From Coniocarpon cinnabarinum (taxonomy: Eukaryota), in assembly GCA_051942205.1 (NCBI GenBank), contig JAVECO010000004.1, positions 62,001-126,000 on the forward strand: a stretch of DNA of 64,000 nt. Direction: 5' to 3'. Within the stretch, counting starts at the first letter, position 1. Each line of letters begins with the position of its first letter. Below the pieces are notes generated by a model, which worked only from the letters and a program-made list of their open reading frames with translations, did not search any database and had not been told where the DNA came from. The position numbers and the translations under genes were made by a program. Of this stretch, positions 21,698 to 32,598 are shown piece by piece.

Positions 21698-23106
21698 GTT
21701 GCTCTTTGCTTTGAGCTTTCCTACAGAAGCGAAAGACGGTGGCAAGTGCCTGTTGTGTGGTCAAGAAAGAAGGTATATAGCAAGAGGCTTTTGTAATGAA
21801 TGAGGTGTTAGTGTAGTGAACGAACGAATCTTTTCAAGAGCGAAAGGTTGCTCAGTGCACAGCACGCAAGGCAGAGAGTGTGACAGTTTTATCCGAGCGA
21901 TTAGAAAAGAGGCTTGAAAAATGTCCGAGATGTTGGGAGTCCAGAGTGAATAATACTGCCCCTACGCACGGCTTGGATACAACCCAAGCTGGGCAGAGAA
22001 GGCGCGGGGCTGAGAGCATGGTATTGAGGATGTGCAACCTTCCTGTTGCAAGTCTGATACAGCTGTTTACTAATGATGCGTTCGCATGCGGTAGATTTCG
22101 GATGGAAGGCGGGCAATGAATTCTGGAATACTATCAGTAGTGCGTGACTTTGCGATGTTTACCGATCGATGATTTCTTCGCGATATGGAAAGCACGGTTG
22201 ATCACATATATGACCTCTGTGTGAACTCGATTTGCGCATTGTGTCATTCGCACGAGTGCTCTTTCAAAGCATAATACAGCCCTAGGGAGAATACTGTCAA
22301 TTCTCCACTCACACACGGATTATTTCGGTAGCCATGGCATGCACTGAACAGTTGGCGAAGTAGACCCGTCGCGTTTCTTCACGTGCAATACTCGTGATGT
22401 GCAGAATACTTGCCAAACATGGCAAACATCGTGAAACGATCGCGGCTTGCCAAAGCAACGCAACAAATGCTGTTGTTTCGTCTACGCCACGTTCTTGTGG
22501 ATTTCCCAGGGTTCAAGGGTGGAAAGCTTGTTCCGGTCCACGCGGACGGTGTATCATTTAGACTAGGGGTATTAACACGCTCTTGCGTCCAGGGATGATC
22601 TCAATCAAGTTCGTGACACTTGCCACGTGATTTAAGATTCACGACCGGTCGGAATAATGATGATCTTCAAATTTACGAGGACAGAGGATTGCGAAAACCA
22701 AAGGATATGAGGTAGGAGATCGATCCGTAAGGGAATACCTTGGACTGCCGCCAAGCCGAAACAAATCACGTGATGACTTACGTAAGCATATCTTCCCTCT
22801 ACCTAGAGCTTCGATACGGACTTGTCTCTTGCGACATCTTTCTCTTTCTCTTTCAAAGTCCTCTTGCAGGTCCGACTGCAGCGATAATTTCATGAGTCTT
22901 TGTGCCACAGCATCAGAACTGTGCTTGTGAATGTCATGTCACGATGGCTGCATGAGGACAAAGCGCTAGAGGAAACCGGCACGCAATATTGAAATTTGCA
23001 TCCAATCGAAGTACTATGTCAGCGCCGCTCCTTCACTCAAACACTTGATCACTCAAGCTGCCCATTGAGCCATGGATGCGCTTGCAAGATTGGGGTTCCC
23101 CATTGT

Positions 23107-24323
23107 TCAAGCCAAGTCGGCGCTGTTACATCTGAAGGTGCCGCTGTCTGCTTTGGTCACACCGATCTCTTGACCATTCTGGATAAGCGTATCGAGGTTG
23201 CCGGCGCCGGTAAGCTTCACATCAACGTGTTTCTGGCCAAGCGAACTGTCGCAGTTTTCGTGATCCGCTGGAGAACTCGAAATGCCGCTTGACTTTTTGC
23301 TGCGGTACCTATGTACCATGTGCGAGATCTTGCTCTTGATGCCCCCATGGATCCGAACGACAACAATACGAAGGGATGGAAGACACGCAGCGATGAGATA
23401 CATGCCGCACTCCACGTAAGTTACGATCATGTCGTTAGCTATTGACCCTACAGCTTTGTTAGCCCGCGGCCGAGACGGCAGACGCTTTCGTTGCTTCTGG
23501 GAGACGACGCATCACATACGACCTGTTTGATTTGACCCAGGGCGGTCGATATACGTGCGGCGAATATAAAGCCCCAGACGTATACACGCACCAGCGATAC
23601 CCACACTTCCTGCTGCAAATGTGATGATCAATCCCACCTTCTTGGGACCGCTCATGTGCATTCTCCATAGAATCGGCATAGGTAGTATTAGCATTATGAG
23701 ATCGGACACAATATTAGGAAGACTGATCCAGGTACCGAAAACGCTGTAGTTAAGACAGGAGTCTCCGTGTGCTTGGAGGCTCCAGAACCTCGATATTGGA
23801 TGGCAGACTGCTATACTGGGGACAAGCCAGCCGATAGCGTCGAATATCAAAAAGAACATGAGTCCTTGAGTGAGTCGTCGGGCCCACACGTGGATGGAAA
23901 AGACACGAATGTAAAGCACACACAGCGACAATTTTGGAAGCGCTGAAGCGATTGGGTAGAGAACACTGATTGCATAGTCCGACTTGTAAACCACAATGAA
24001 CTCTGAAGCCTTGGAAGCTTTGCTGTGGGTGGTGGGATACAACATGTAGGCTTTTGCATTCACTGACATTCAACTGTCAACCACGGCCAAATAGGTCTCA
24101 TTAGGAATGGCAACTTCCTACCAATCACCAAAGCGCACAACGGAACAAACACTACCAGCGAAAGTATCGCGAGTCGGTCATTCCAGCCGAAAGCGACTCG
24201 CTCTTTCTGCATGCGCAAAGCCAATAGTTTCAGAGCGACAAAGAAGGTCGCAAGGACCATAAAGGCTGCAGCACCATTGAGCTGTTGCTGAAGCGCTTTC
24301 TGGGTGTCGTTGAGGGACGACAT
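23107..24323 (-). CDS. PTH11-like / fungal rhodopsin-domain integral membrane protein, no CFEM (3 exons)
   Basis: FVALKL...FGWND, KLSLCVLYIRVF, CHPISRFW, NIVSDLIMLILPMPILW and VECGMYLIAACLPSLR. Two GT-AG introns (~24063-24121 and 23448-23519) keep the frame. Confidence 0.88.
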
Positions 24324-25779
24324 TGCGGTGGTCGTTCGCTTAAAGTGGTGGGCCTTTACGGTCAATGCAACGGACCGACTGGAACTGGGGGGTATTTGAA
24401 TCAAACGTGTGAGAGTCTTGACTCCTTCATCTTCGTTCGAAAGTGACCTTGAGAATGTCACTATACCGCTCTGCTCGGGACAGGTTGTGACACAGCAGTC
24501 TGACCGAAGTGCCCATCCTGCAGGTGCACCAGGGCGGATGATACACCGCTGAAGATAAGATAGGCATCCAAAAGCGACCCCAGGAAGTCATGCTGAGCCT
24601 CATGAAGCCCCCTCCAGTATCTTCGCGGCAGTCGGTCTCACGTGATACAACCCTTGGACCTGTTGAAAGTCCTTGGGCATTGTCCAAGATTGCGACGAGT
24701 TATCGACCGTGGTATATAGTTCGAGTTGCTGTCTCTGGAGGAGGCTGGACCACCGAGGTGAGCCCGAAAAATGATTACAGCTCATGGCATAATTTAAGCT
24801 TGTCGCCAGCGGCGACCTGTTGAAGGACTGGGTGACAATGCACGTGCCGCATGTGTCGTACGACTAGGGATATTGGTGTCTACAGCTATGCACGTCCTCG
24901 TACGAGCATTGATGCTACGCTGAGACTCACAAATTGGATAGAATCGATCAACAACATCCGCTGGACAGGACATCAATCAACTTGGGAAATGAAGGGGCGC
25001 CCACTTTCAGCACGGAAAGGTGGTTGATCATGCATTTCGCTTGCGTTCTGTCTACGTGTTCCGTCGCCTCTTCTTGCTGAGTACCTCGTGGCTGTTTCCG
25101 CCATGTAAGAAGACTGGCAGCGCTGGAGAATGAGGTACATAGCCAGACGGGTTATTGCCTTCAGAAAAAGGCACTTCGGTTAAGAGACATGCGATCACAT
25201 CCTTCTTATTACAGCAGCAACTACTCAGACTTTGGCATCCAGCTGGTTTTCAGGTTTGTACAATCTCCCTGGTCGTGCTCGAAGGTAGAAGCATCGGTGG
25301 ACGCAGCACGCCTTGCCGGACGAGGGTGGGATGCAATCTTGACAGATGCCCCACTTCACGACTTGAAATGGAGGAATGAGTTCTTGTGGAGTGCCTCAAG
25401 GTCACACGCAGCACATCTCCTAAACACAGCGACAGAGTGCCAAATGACTTCACAAAGTTCATGCTAATCTGCCACAGTGGCAAGGCAGATACTGTGCAGA
25501 GCGGCACAGTGTCAGCTGCGGTCCTGAATGTGAAATGCGCATGAAGCGCTATACTCTGCTGTGGTAGATGCAGTGTCACGTTGCGTCACATGCATGTGGA
25601 CAGATTGGGCTCTCTGGCTTTGCGCCAGCCATCCACCGCGGGGCCTTCGCCTTGTCAACCCATGGCTAAGGATGGTGGGTAACGTTCGCCTCTGCTGCAG
25701 CGCGCGGCCCTTTGACTCGTTCTGTATAATCATTCAAAAATATATCTTCATTTCCGCGAGGCTTAGTTCGGGACGTCGT

Positions 25780-25795
25780 TATATATATATATATA
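25780..25795. repeat. (TA)n run / TATA-like element upstream of the secreted gene at 25902
   Basis: TATATATATATATATA about 110 bp upstream of ATG 25902. Confidence 0.6.
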
Positions 25796-25901
25796 CAACA
25801 CCACGGGATTTTCCCAGCCCATTTCAGAGACCACTTTATTTTTCCCTTCCACTAGGTGGTGCTCGATACTGTGGCTGTGCAGCCAGTCCGTGGAAGCGAA
25901 G

Positions 25902-27035
25902 ATGCCTTGGAAGCCTTTGCAATTTTGCTTCATGGCTTTCCTAGCTTTGTTCAGCCACTACATTGCAGCCCAAGACCTCTTGCCTTGCGCTGGTGCCGGG
26001 TGCTCGACCCCGTTCCCTCCCGGTCATAGAGAGATGGGGCAATCCTGGTGGTCCTTTGGAGAATCGGATCTGAATGCGACCATGACTGAGCTCGACATTA
26101 GTCTGGACATTCCTAAAATGCCTGAGAATCTTACCGGCATCATTGCGTACAACCCTGCACTGGAATACACAGTACGCAAACGGGCTTTCTCATCCTTCGT
26201 TTTGTTTGCAATCGACATCTTCGGGCTGAAACTTAATGGGACTAACACCACCGCTAGAATGTTACAGATTGGTCTGACGCCATCGTCGTCAACCAGACGT
26301 GGGAAATAATCACTGCAGCCTCGCAGCATGACCTGTACGACGCTGACAACGCAATTGACGATACCCCGAGATGGGAGACCCTTGCTAATATCTTGGAAGA
26401 TGCAATCAAAGCCAGAGTCAATGGTGCACATTTGCAAGCTCTTACTACAACTCGAGTGTGATCTCTGAAAATTTTCTAACGTCGGTCGACAGTCTCGGTC
26501 TTGCTGACATGACATGTAAGTGCATAAGCACCTTTGTGCTAAACTGGGGGCGGCTTTGACTTTCACAGACTTATACTATCCCCCGGGTCACGTTGAACCA
26601 GGCACTTCTGGAGTCGACAACGGAACAGTGCCGTACCTTGAACTAGACCTTCAACGCGTGTACGACGCGACCAAAAAACTGGACCAACCACCTTCAGAGA
26701 TGGCAGACGAACGCAACAGGTATGGCGTTGCCTTCGGCCATGGTCGATCAGAGGATCGCCGGGATCAAGCTAAGCATACACTGGCAGACATTCCCGAGCC
26801 GCCGCGACAGCTGTGGCTGAAAACCGAGTGTCTGTGTGAATTTCAGGGCAAGATCCCACAGCACAGCTACACTCTCTCGATCACGTTCGACCGTCCAGTT
26901 CCCGACTTCCCAAAGTACATTAAAGCCTCCAACGCAATTGGTCAGCGCCTTGGAACGAAGACAGTAACACAACCTCATGGACTGTCTATAATGGTGAGAT
27001 GTCATCAAATGGTGAGCTTGAATGGAGCAATCTGA
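25902..27035 (+). CDS. Secreted multi-exon hypothetical glycoprotein; 3' end uncertain, possibly frameshifted
   Basis: Signal peptide MPWKPLQFCFMAFLALFSHYIAAQ. Three introns with branch sites (GTACGC..ACTAAC..TAG; 26335-26399; GTAAGT..CAG) give HDL|CNQSQSQWCTFASSYY and later WLKTECLCEF..PQHSYT. Several N-x-S/T sites. Confidence 0.65.
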
Positions 27036-28610
27036 CAAAGAGCTGTAGTCACTCTTTTCGACAGTGCTTGCTATAGCTACGAGCCCTGTGCAATATCAGT
27101 ATCTTCTTGATCGTACCCAAAGTACGGGGTGCTCAACCGGAGCAGCTCACAAATCTTGCGCGTCCTTTCTGCTCCAGAATCGAGAACGTGGGCACACGCG
27201 TGGGCTCTCTTCGGGGGTCTCTTGTTGGTCGATCACAATGTCCTCTTCAGCAGTACGGACACCAGGTCAAGGGCAAAGAATTAATGTTCTAGAAGTTTCC
27301 GCATTCTTGAACCCATATTCAAACCTTCATGGCTCCTCCGACGTCCTGTTCCCCGTTCTACCAACTCGCTCTCTGCAATGCAACCCACTACATGGCCCCA
27401 ACACCTCAACCGAGACATTCGTACTTCCACGTAAAAAACAGAAGACCGAGTGGGATCATGATATAGATCCACGAACATTCCGAGCGCCTCTGCGAACAAG
27501 GGCAGACCGTCCTTCGAAGACGAGATACTCGTCTATAGGATAGTTGCAATTGGAATTTCGGCTAAGCTGAGAACAGTGCGTAGTGAGGTCCCGGCTCGTC
27601 TCATCAGCTGGAATCCCTGACCACTCCCTAACGAATGGAGATCGAGCCAGCGTCCGCGCGGGCACACGTAACAACGCAGATGCCACGGACCTTGCAGGAC
27701 GGCGGACTGACGTCGAGATCAGGCGCGAGTGAAAAGACGAGATGCCGACGAAGACGAAATGACGGGCGTCTCCAGTAACGCTGACGTCGACCGAGCGTTG
27801 CAAACATTGCCTGTACTTCATCGCCCGAGGACTTGAAGACTTGAGACTCTCGATCCCATCTGTGACTCGGAAAAGCGAATACAACTGTTATAGAGAACTG
27901 CCAAGCTCAAGCCGCTGCGCACACATGCCCAAGGCATGAAACCCGAAATCGCAAATTGACATTCTCTGTTTTCAATTCTTCTCTTAGAATTCAATACTCC
28001 GCTCAGGACCGTGAGCTCCCGCGTAGAAATCCCAAGTAAAACAGACGTCCTTCGACTCGGACATCCGGAAGAGCCCTTACAGAGGCGCATGCAGGACTGG
28101 CTTGTATCGACCTCGACACGAGGTCACGTCAGCTGGAGCGGTATCGTCGAGAGACATACAGACATCATCAGCGCCGCGACTGGTCTTTTGATACAGTTAC
28201 CCAGCGATACGACACGATACGATAAGGTTGCAAAGCGGCTTCGAGACCGCGCGGACGAAACGCGAAATACAGGGAGGAGTTCGACACAGCTGAGGGCGGT
28301 AGTCGTCAATACGGCAAGCAGCAGCGAGATACCAGAGCAGTCGTGTCAGCCCCTGAGATCTCTGAGAAGACGCATCGCCAGGGCGACTGCAAATGACTGA
28401 GCGAGATGGAGGAGAGATGTTGTTGAATGCGCAGAGGAGCTCAGTCTTGTGTGCAGACGGAGCAGACGGAGGAGCCGCCGTCTCCTTCAGGACCCGTGGG
28501 GTTTAGCTCTATATTCATACACGTCGCGAGACGGTCCACAGGCCCAGACCATCCCTCGTTCCACGCTGGAACACGACAAACTCACCAGGCCACGCCAATA
28601 GCGCTGACCA

Positions 28611-30486
28611 TTAGTCGACTCGAAACTCCTTCACAATAGGCTGGTTCAAACCAGGCGCTTCGTCTACTTTTTCCTTGTCCTCTTCGAGCCTCTTATCCAA
28701 TTCGTGTGGGTCCATGTGACCCATCCCCGGATGATGCGTCCTCATGTATTCACTGTATTGCTGACGCGTGTACTTGGCCTGATGCGTGCCGATGAACGGA
28801 TGGGGCGCGGGCTTGTCGCCGGGCTCATTCAGGCGATAGGTGATGAGGTCGCAGATGGGATCGAGGAAGTAGGTGCGGGACTCGCGGTGCATGTCGGGGG
28901 TCGTCCAGTACGGAAAGATTTTGAACAGCTTCTTCTTGACCAGTCCGAGTTTGTCCGGGAACTCAATGAAGATGCAATGCCGTTTGTAGTCGGGAGTGTA
29001 CTTTTCCATGTAGCTCCACAATGCCTGCGGAAAACATCACGTCAGCTCCTGACTGCAGCTGGTGACATCAGAGGGAACACCAACCATGCTTGTCCGCCGG
29101 ATGTCGACCATATGGTCTTCGGTGCAATGAAACATGTAAACCGGCGGGAAGGGAGCCTTCGACATCTCCAGCCCTCGGCCATGTTCCACGCGTCGTTCGA
29201 GTCTATTGAGGTCGTCGCCGAGGTAGTAGTCGGGAAAAAGGAACCACAGAAACAAGTACGAAATCCCTCGTGAAAGGAAACTGAGCGGGCCCCTAGAATC
29301 AGTGTGTCAGCACACAGGTTTGCATGGAATATTTTTTGAGGAAACAGCAAACCGACCAAACTCTAGCGTCCCCGAACTTAACAGGACCACAAATGCGGAT
29401 GGCGAAGGCAAAATTCACGTGGCTGAGCTGCGGATGCGCCATGAGCTCAAAACAGGTCGCACCGCCTGTCCAATGTCAGTCGATGCACGGATGCCGCGAG
29501 ACGAAGCTCAGACTCTGAGAAGCATACCCATTGAAAGCCCGAAGGAGGCAAACCTCATGTCCGACTTGCCTTGTTTCTTGTAGTATTCATGCGCTTTCTT
29601 GGTGATCGCCACAAGGTCGTTGATCACCCATGGCCAGAACGATCTCCAAGCTGGGGCCTTGTCCGTGTCTCTGCAACGCGCGTGGGTCAGCTTGCCAGTG
29701 GCATCGCCGTGGCTTGCTATCTCCGAACGTACCCATAACCTGGATAATTGATGTAGATCACGTGCAAGCGATCAGCGAGGTTCCGCTTTTCAAAGTACGC
29801 TCTGGACAATTTGGCTCGTTTTGCAGAGTTCACGCTGCCGATGCCGGTCGCACACACGAGGACGACTTCTGCGCGCTCTCCCTTGCTTTTGAAGAGTAAG
29901 TCAGGCAGTGACGGCTTGAGCGAAATGCACAAGGCTTACTGCTCAATGAACTCCACACGGCGTGGCCTTCCAGCTTTGAACCAAGCTATAGGTCGTCGGC
30001 ATACTCATCGCGTCCTCTGCATCTGGACACTGCTCACCTCGCTTGCTTCCAGCTCCAGACTGCGCCTGCTTGGTCAACCCTTTCTCCTCGTCCTGAGTTT
30101 TGCTCACATCGGAACGAGAAGATGACAGGCCACCTGCGGGATGCGCTTCCGAGCTATGACCGCAGTTTGCAAAAACAGCCCCGGGAACGATTTCGCGAGT
30201 CCCGGCATGGATTTCATATTCAAGGATCGCCTCGTAGGTAGGCTTGCGGGCCTTGCGGGCTTTTTCATCATCTTCGACCTTCGCTCTCTGATCCTTTTCG
30301 CTTCTTGTTCTCCACGCGTAGTGCCACCACATGTGAAACAGGAGCGAGATGCCATAATTCGCGCGTTGCAACCAATTAGCCATCAGATATGTCGTGAGAG
30401 TCGTAGAGACTTGACGGAGCAGGATAGCTGTTGGCAGTGCAAGGCGGCGCGCCCCTTGTGGAGGGAGCGATCTTACTTGTGTACAT
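28611..30486 (-). CDS. Alpha/beta-hydrolase-fold protein (about 8 exons), probably membrane-associated
   Basis: Hand-splicing gives MYT|TILLRQ..., VVLVCATG, INYPGYG, the nucleophile elbow FGLSMG|GA, and MFHCTEDHMV (Asp). The candidate His is in PDMH. Seven GT-AG introns all keep the frame. Confidence 0.8.
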
Positions 30487-30937
30487 CTGTCTCTTATAGG
30501 GCGCTTGGAGAAGGCAACGAGCCAGGCAGACCAACCGCAGCAGAAACAGCGAAAGAGGGTCAAGTGGTCCACCAGAAATGCAGTGCGGCGCTGCGGGCGG
30601 ACAGAGAAGCTGCCCTGGATGAAACGGAACGAAGCGAGCCTCGAAGCCTAACTGGCGTATTTCAACCAGTTTTGGCCCCCACGTGTGCATCATGACGCTG
30701 CATTCAGAGACCGATGGAACGCAGAACCCGGCAGCAGGCGATATGTGGTGTCAGCACAGGAGAAAGCTGTCATGTTAGGCTGCACATCTCGAGCACGTCT
30801 TGTGCACGGCGTAAACTTCGCCCTTTGGAACAGCCATTCGCAGGGGAATCCAAGCGGCTATATCCCCCGTCCATGGCCTGCTACGTCTGTCACCGCACAC
30901 AGGTGCTGTGATGGGGCGAAACGCTGTCAGTGGTTGT

Positions 30938-32215
30938 TCACCCTGCTTCGTGCTTCGTCGCTCTTTTCAACGGGCTTTCGTGCTTCTTCAGCGGCGGGCC
31001 AAAGACATCATCGTCCACAACCTTGCGCTTCTTCTTGCCGCTGTCTGACGTCTCTGCATCCGAAGGAACTGGTGCCTTGCCGTTCGCGCCATGTGCCCCG
31101 CCTTTCTCGCCTGCCTTGTTTGCCATGTTGAGCTTGACCAGATCGCGCTTGTCGGGGTTCAAGCACTGCCAGAGCTTCTTGTCTATTGCCGTCATCTTGT
31201 CGCGCCGCTCCACATTCTTCGGATCCGGAGCCTCGTAGCTTTTCAGCGTGTCCCGACATGCGCGAAGAGTGCTGAGAATACGTGAGACATGTGCATCATC
31301 GGTGGTCCCTGTAGAAAGGTCGTCGCTACTTCCAAGCTTGATTTCCAGATAGAACAGCATCAACGGCTCATCCACCATCATGAGTGAAGCCATCCAAATC
31401 TGGGCAGGCGTGAAGAGGAAGTACGCGTCCGTGAGCAAAGCCGCGCCGAGCAACAATTCTTGGGCTTTGTCAAACGCGGTCTTGACTCTCCTCTCAGGTG
31501 TACTGTAGTCATGCTTTTCGGCGCCCTCAAGAGCTTTGAGCTGTGTCACCTCTTGTCGAAGGTCACTTGCGGATCGTGTGACCGAAGGGTGTTTGACCAC
31601 CTCCTGACCCCGCGCGATTGCATCCAGCTCCATCCGCCCAGCATCAAGTCCTCGCCCAGGGTGCCGTACTTGAAATGTAAACCTCAAACCCTGCGAGATC
31701 AAGTATTCCGGTGCCATGATCTCTTCTTCGGAGGGCTTGAACTTGCTCGAGCTCTTCCGAATCTTGTTGCAAAAGTGTGTTATATTCAATCGTGGGTTGT
31801 TATGCTCGGTCTTGACTGCGAGCATGAGACACGTGGGGAAGATGGATCGCGGATGGTATGTCATCGGGCTGTTTGATAGATAGAAGCGGCGATAGTACAT
31901 GACAGCTGTTGCAGTGACGACGTAGGGATAGTCGAAGACCTGCTTGGAGCGTGACCAGAGGATGAGGTTTCGAGCATAGTGGATGAGGATTTGCTGCTCT
32001 TCGCCGAGTGTCAGAGTTGCCACAGACGGCTGCGAGGCGTCACTCGAGACTGTCTCATTTGCTGCTGGCTGTGGTCGTTTGGCCAGGGCCGCAACAACAC
32101 GTTTGGCTGCTGCATTGTGGGTCCTGCTGCGAAGGGAGCTGAGATCTTCGGGTGTGTATGACCAAAGACGATATTGAGTCGAACTGCGGTAGATGTCGTC
32201 CTCAGTCAGCTCCAT
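30938..32215 (-). CDS. CCL1: Cyclin H (TFIIK/CAK cyclin)
   Basis: EDDIYRSSTQYRLWSY, ATAVMYYRRFYLSNSPMTYHP, PEYLISQGLRFTFQVRHP and TDAYFLFTPAQI. ATG at 32215. Confidence 0.93.
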   Translation of the reverse strand: MELTEDDIYRSSTQYRLWSYTPEDLSSLRSRTHNAAAKRVVAALAKRPQPAANETVSSDASQPSVATLTLGEEQQILIHYARNLILWSRSKQVFDYPYVVTATAVMYYRRFYLSNSPMTYHPRSIFPTCLMLAVKTEHNNPRLNITHFCNKIRKSSSKFKPSEEEIMAPEYLISQGLRFTFQVRHPGRGLDAGRMELDAIARGQEVVKHPSVTRSASDLRQEVTQLKALEGAEKHDYSTPERRVKTAFDKAQELLLGAALLTDAYFLFTPAQIWMASLMMVDEPLMLFYLEIKLGSSDDLSTGTTDDAHVSRILSTLRACRDTLKSYEAPDPKNVERRDKMTAIDKKLWQCLNPDKRDLVKLNMANKAGEKGGAHGANGKAPVPSDAETSDSGKKKRKVVDDDVFGPPLKKHESPLKRATKHEAG

Positions 32216-32598
32216 GTCTAGCAATAACGCTCCATGCTCGTAGTGAGAGACATCAGACGAGCAAGCTTGTGCATTGAGCTCCGATTGGCAGGGTCAAAGT
32301 TCCACATCACATGTGATATCTCGATACTTCCATCAAATTCTTGTAACGCCTCGAAAACGTGCACAACACCAGCTACCCAAGCTGACTCCACAACCGCATG
32401 GAGTCTTCTTTGACCAATCAGAAATTCACATCAGATGGATCCTGGGTATTCACGATTTTACATCCTAATATACGTCCTTCAAACCTCCGACTCTGGATTC
32501 GAGTCTCTCTAGCCACTACACGTGTATATTACATGCTGAATTAAATAATGGTAAGGTTGGGCATCATGGTATCACGGAAAGAATAATACCGCAGCTCA

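Noticed and set aside
27456..28600. Short overlapping ORFs and an intron-like GTATGT..GCTGAC segment on the minus strand
   Set aside because: I could not build a consistent spliced reading frame or recognise any motif.
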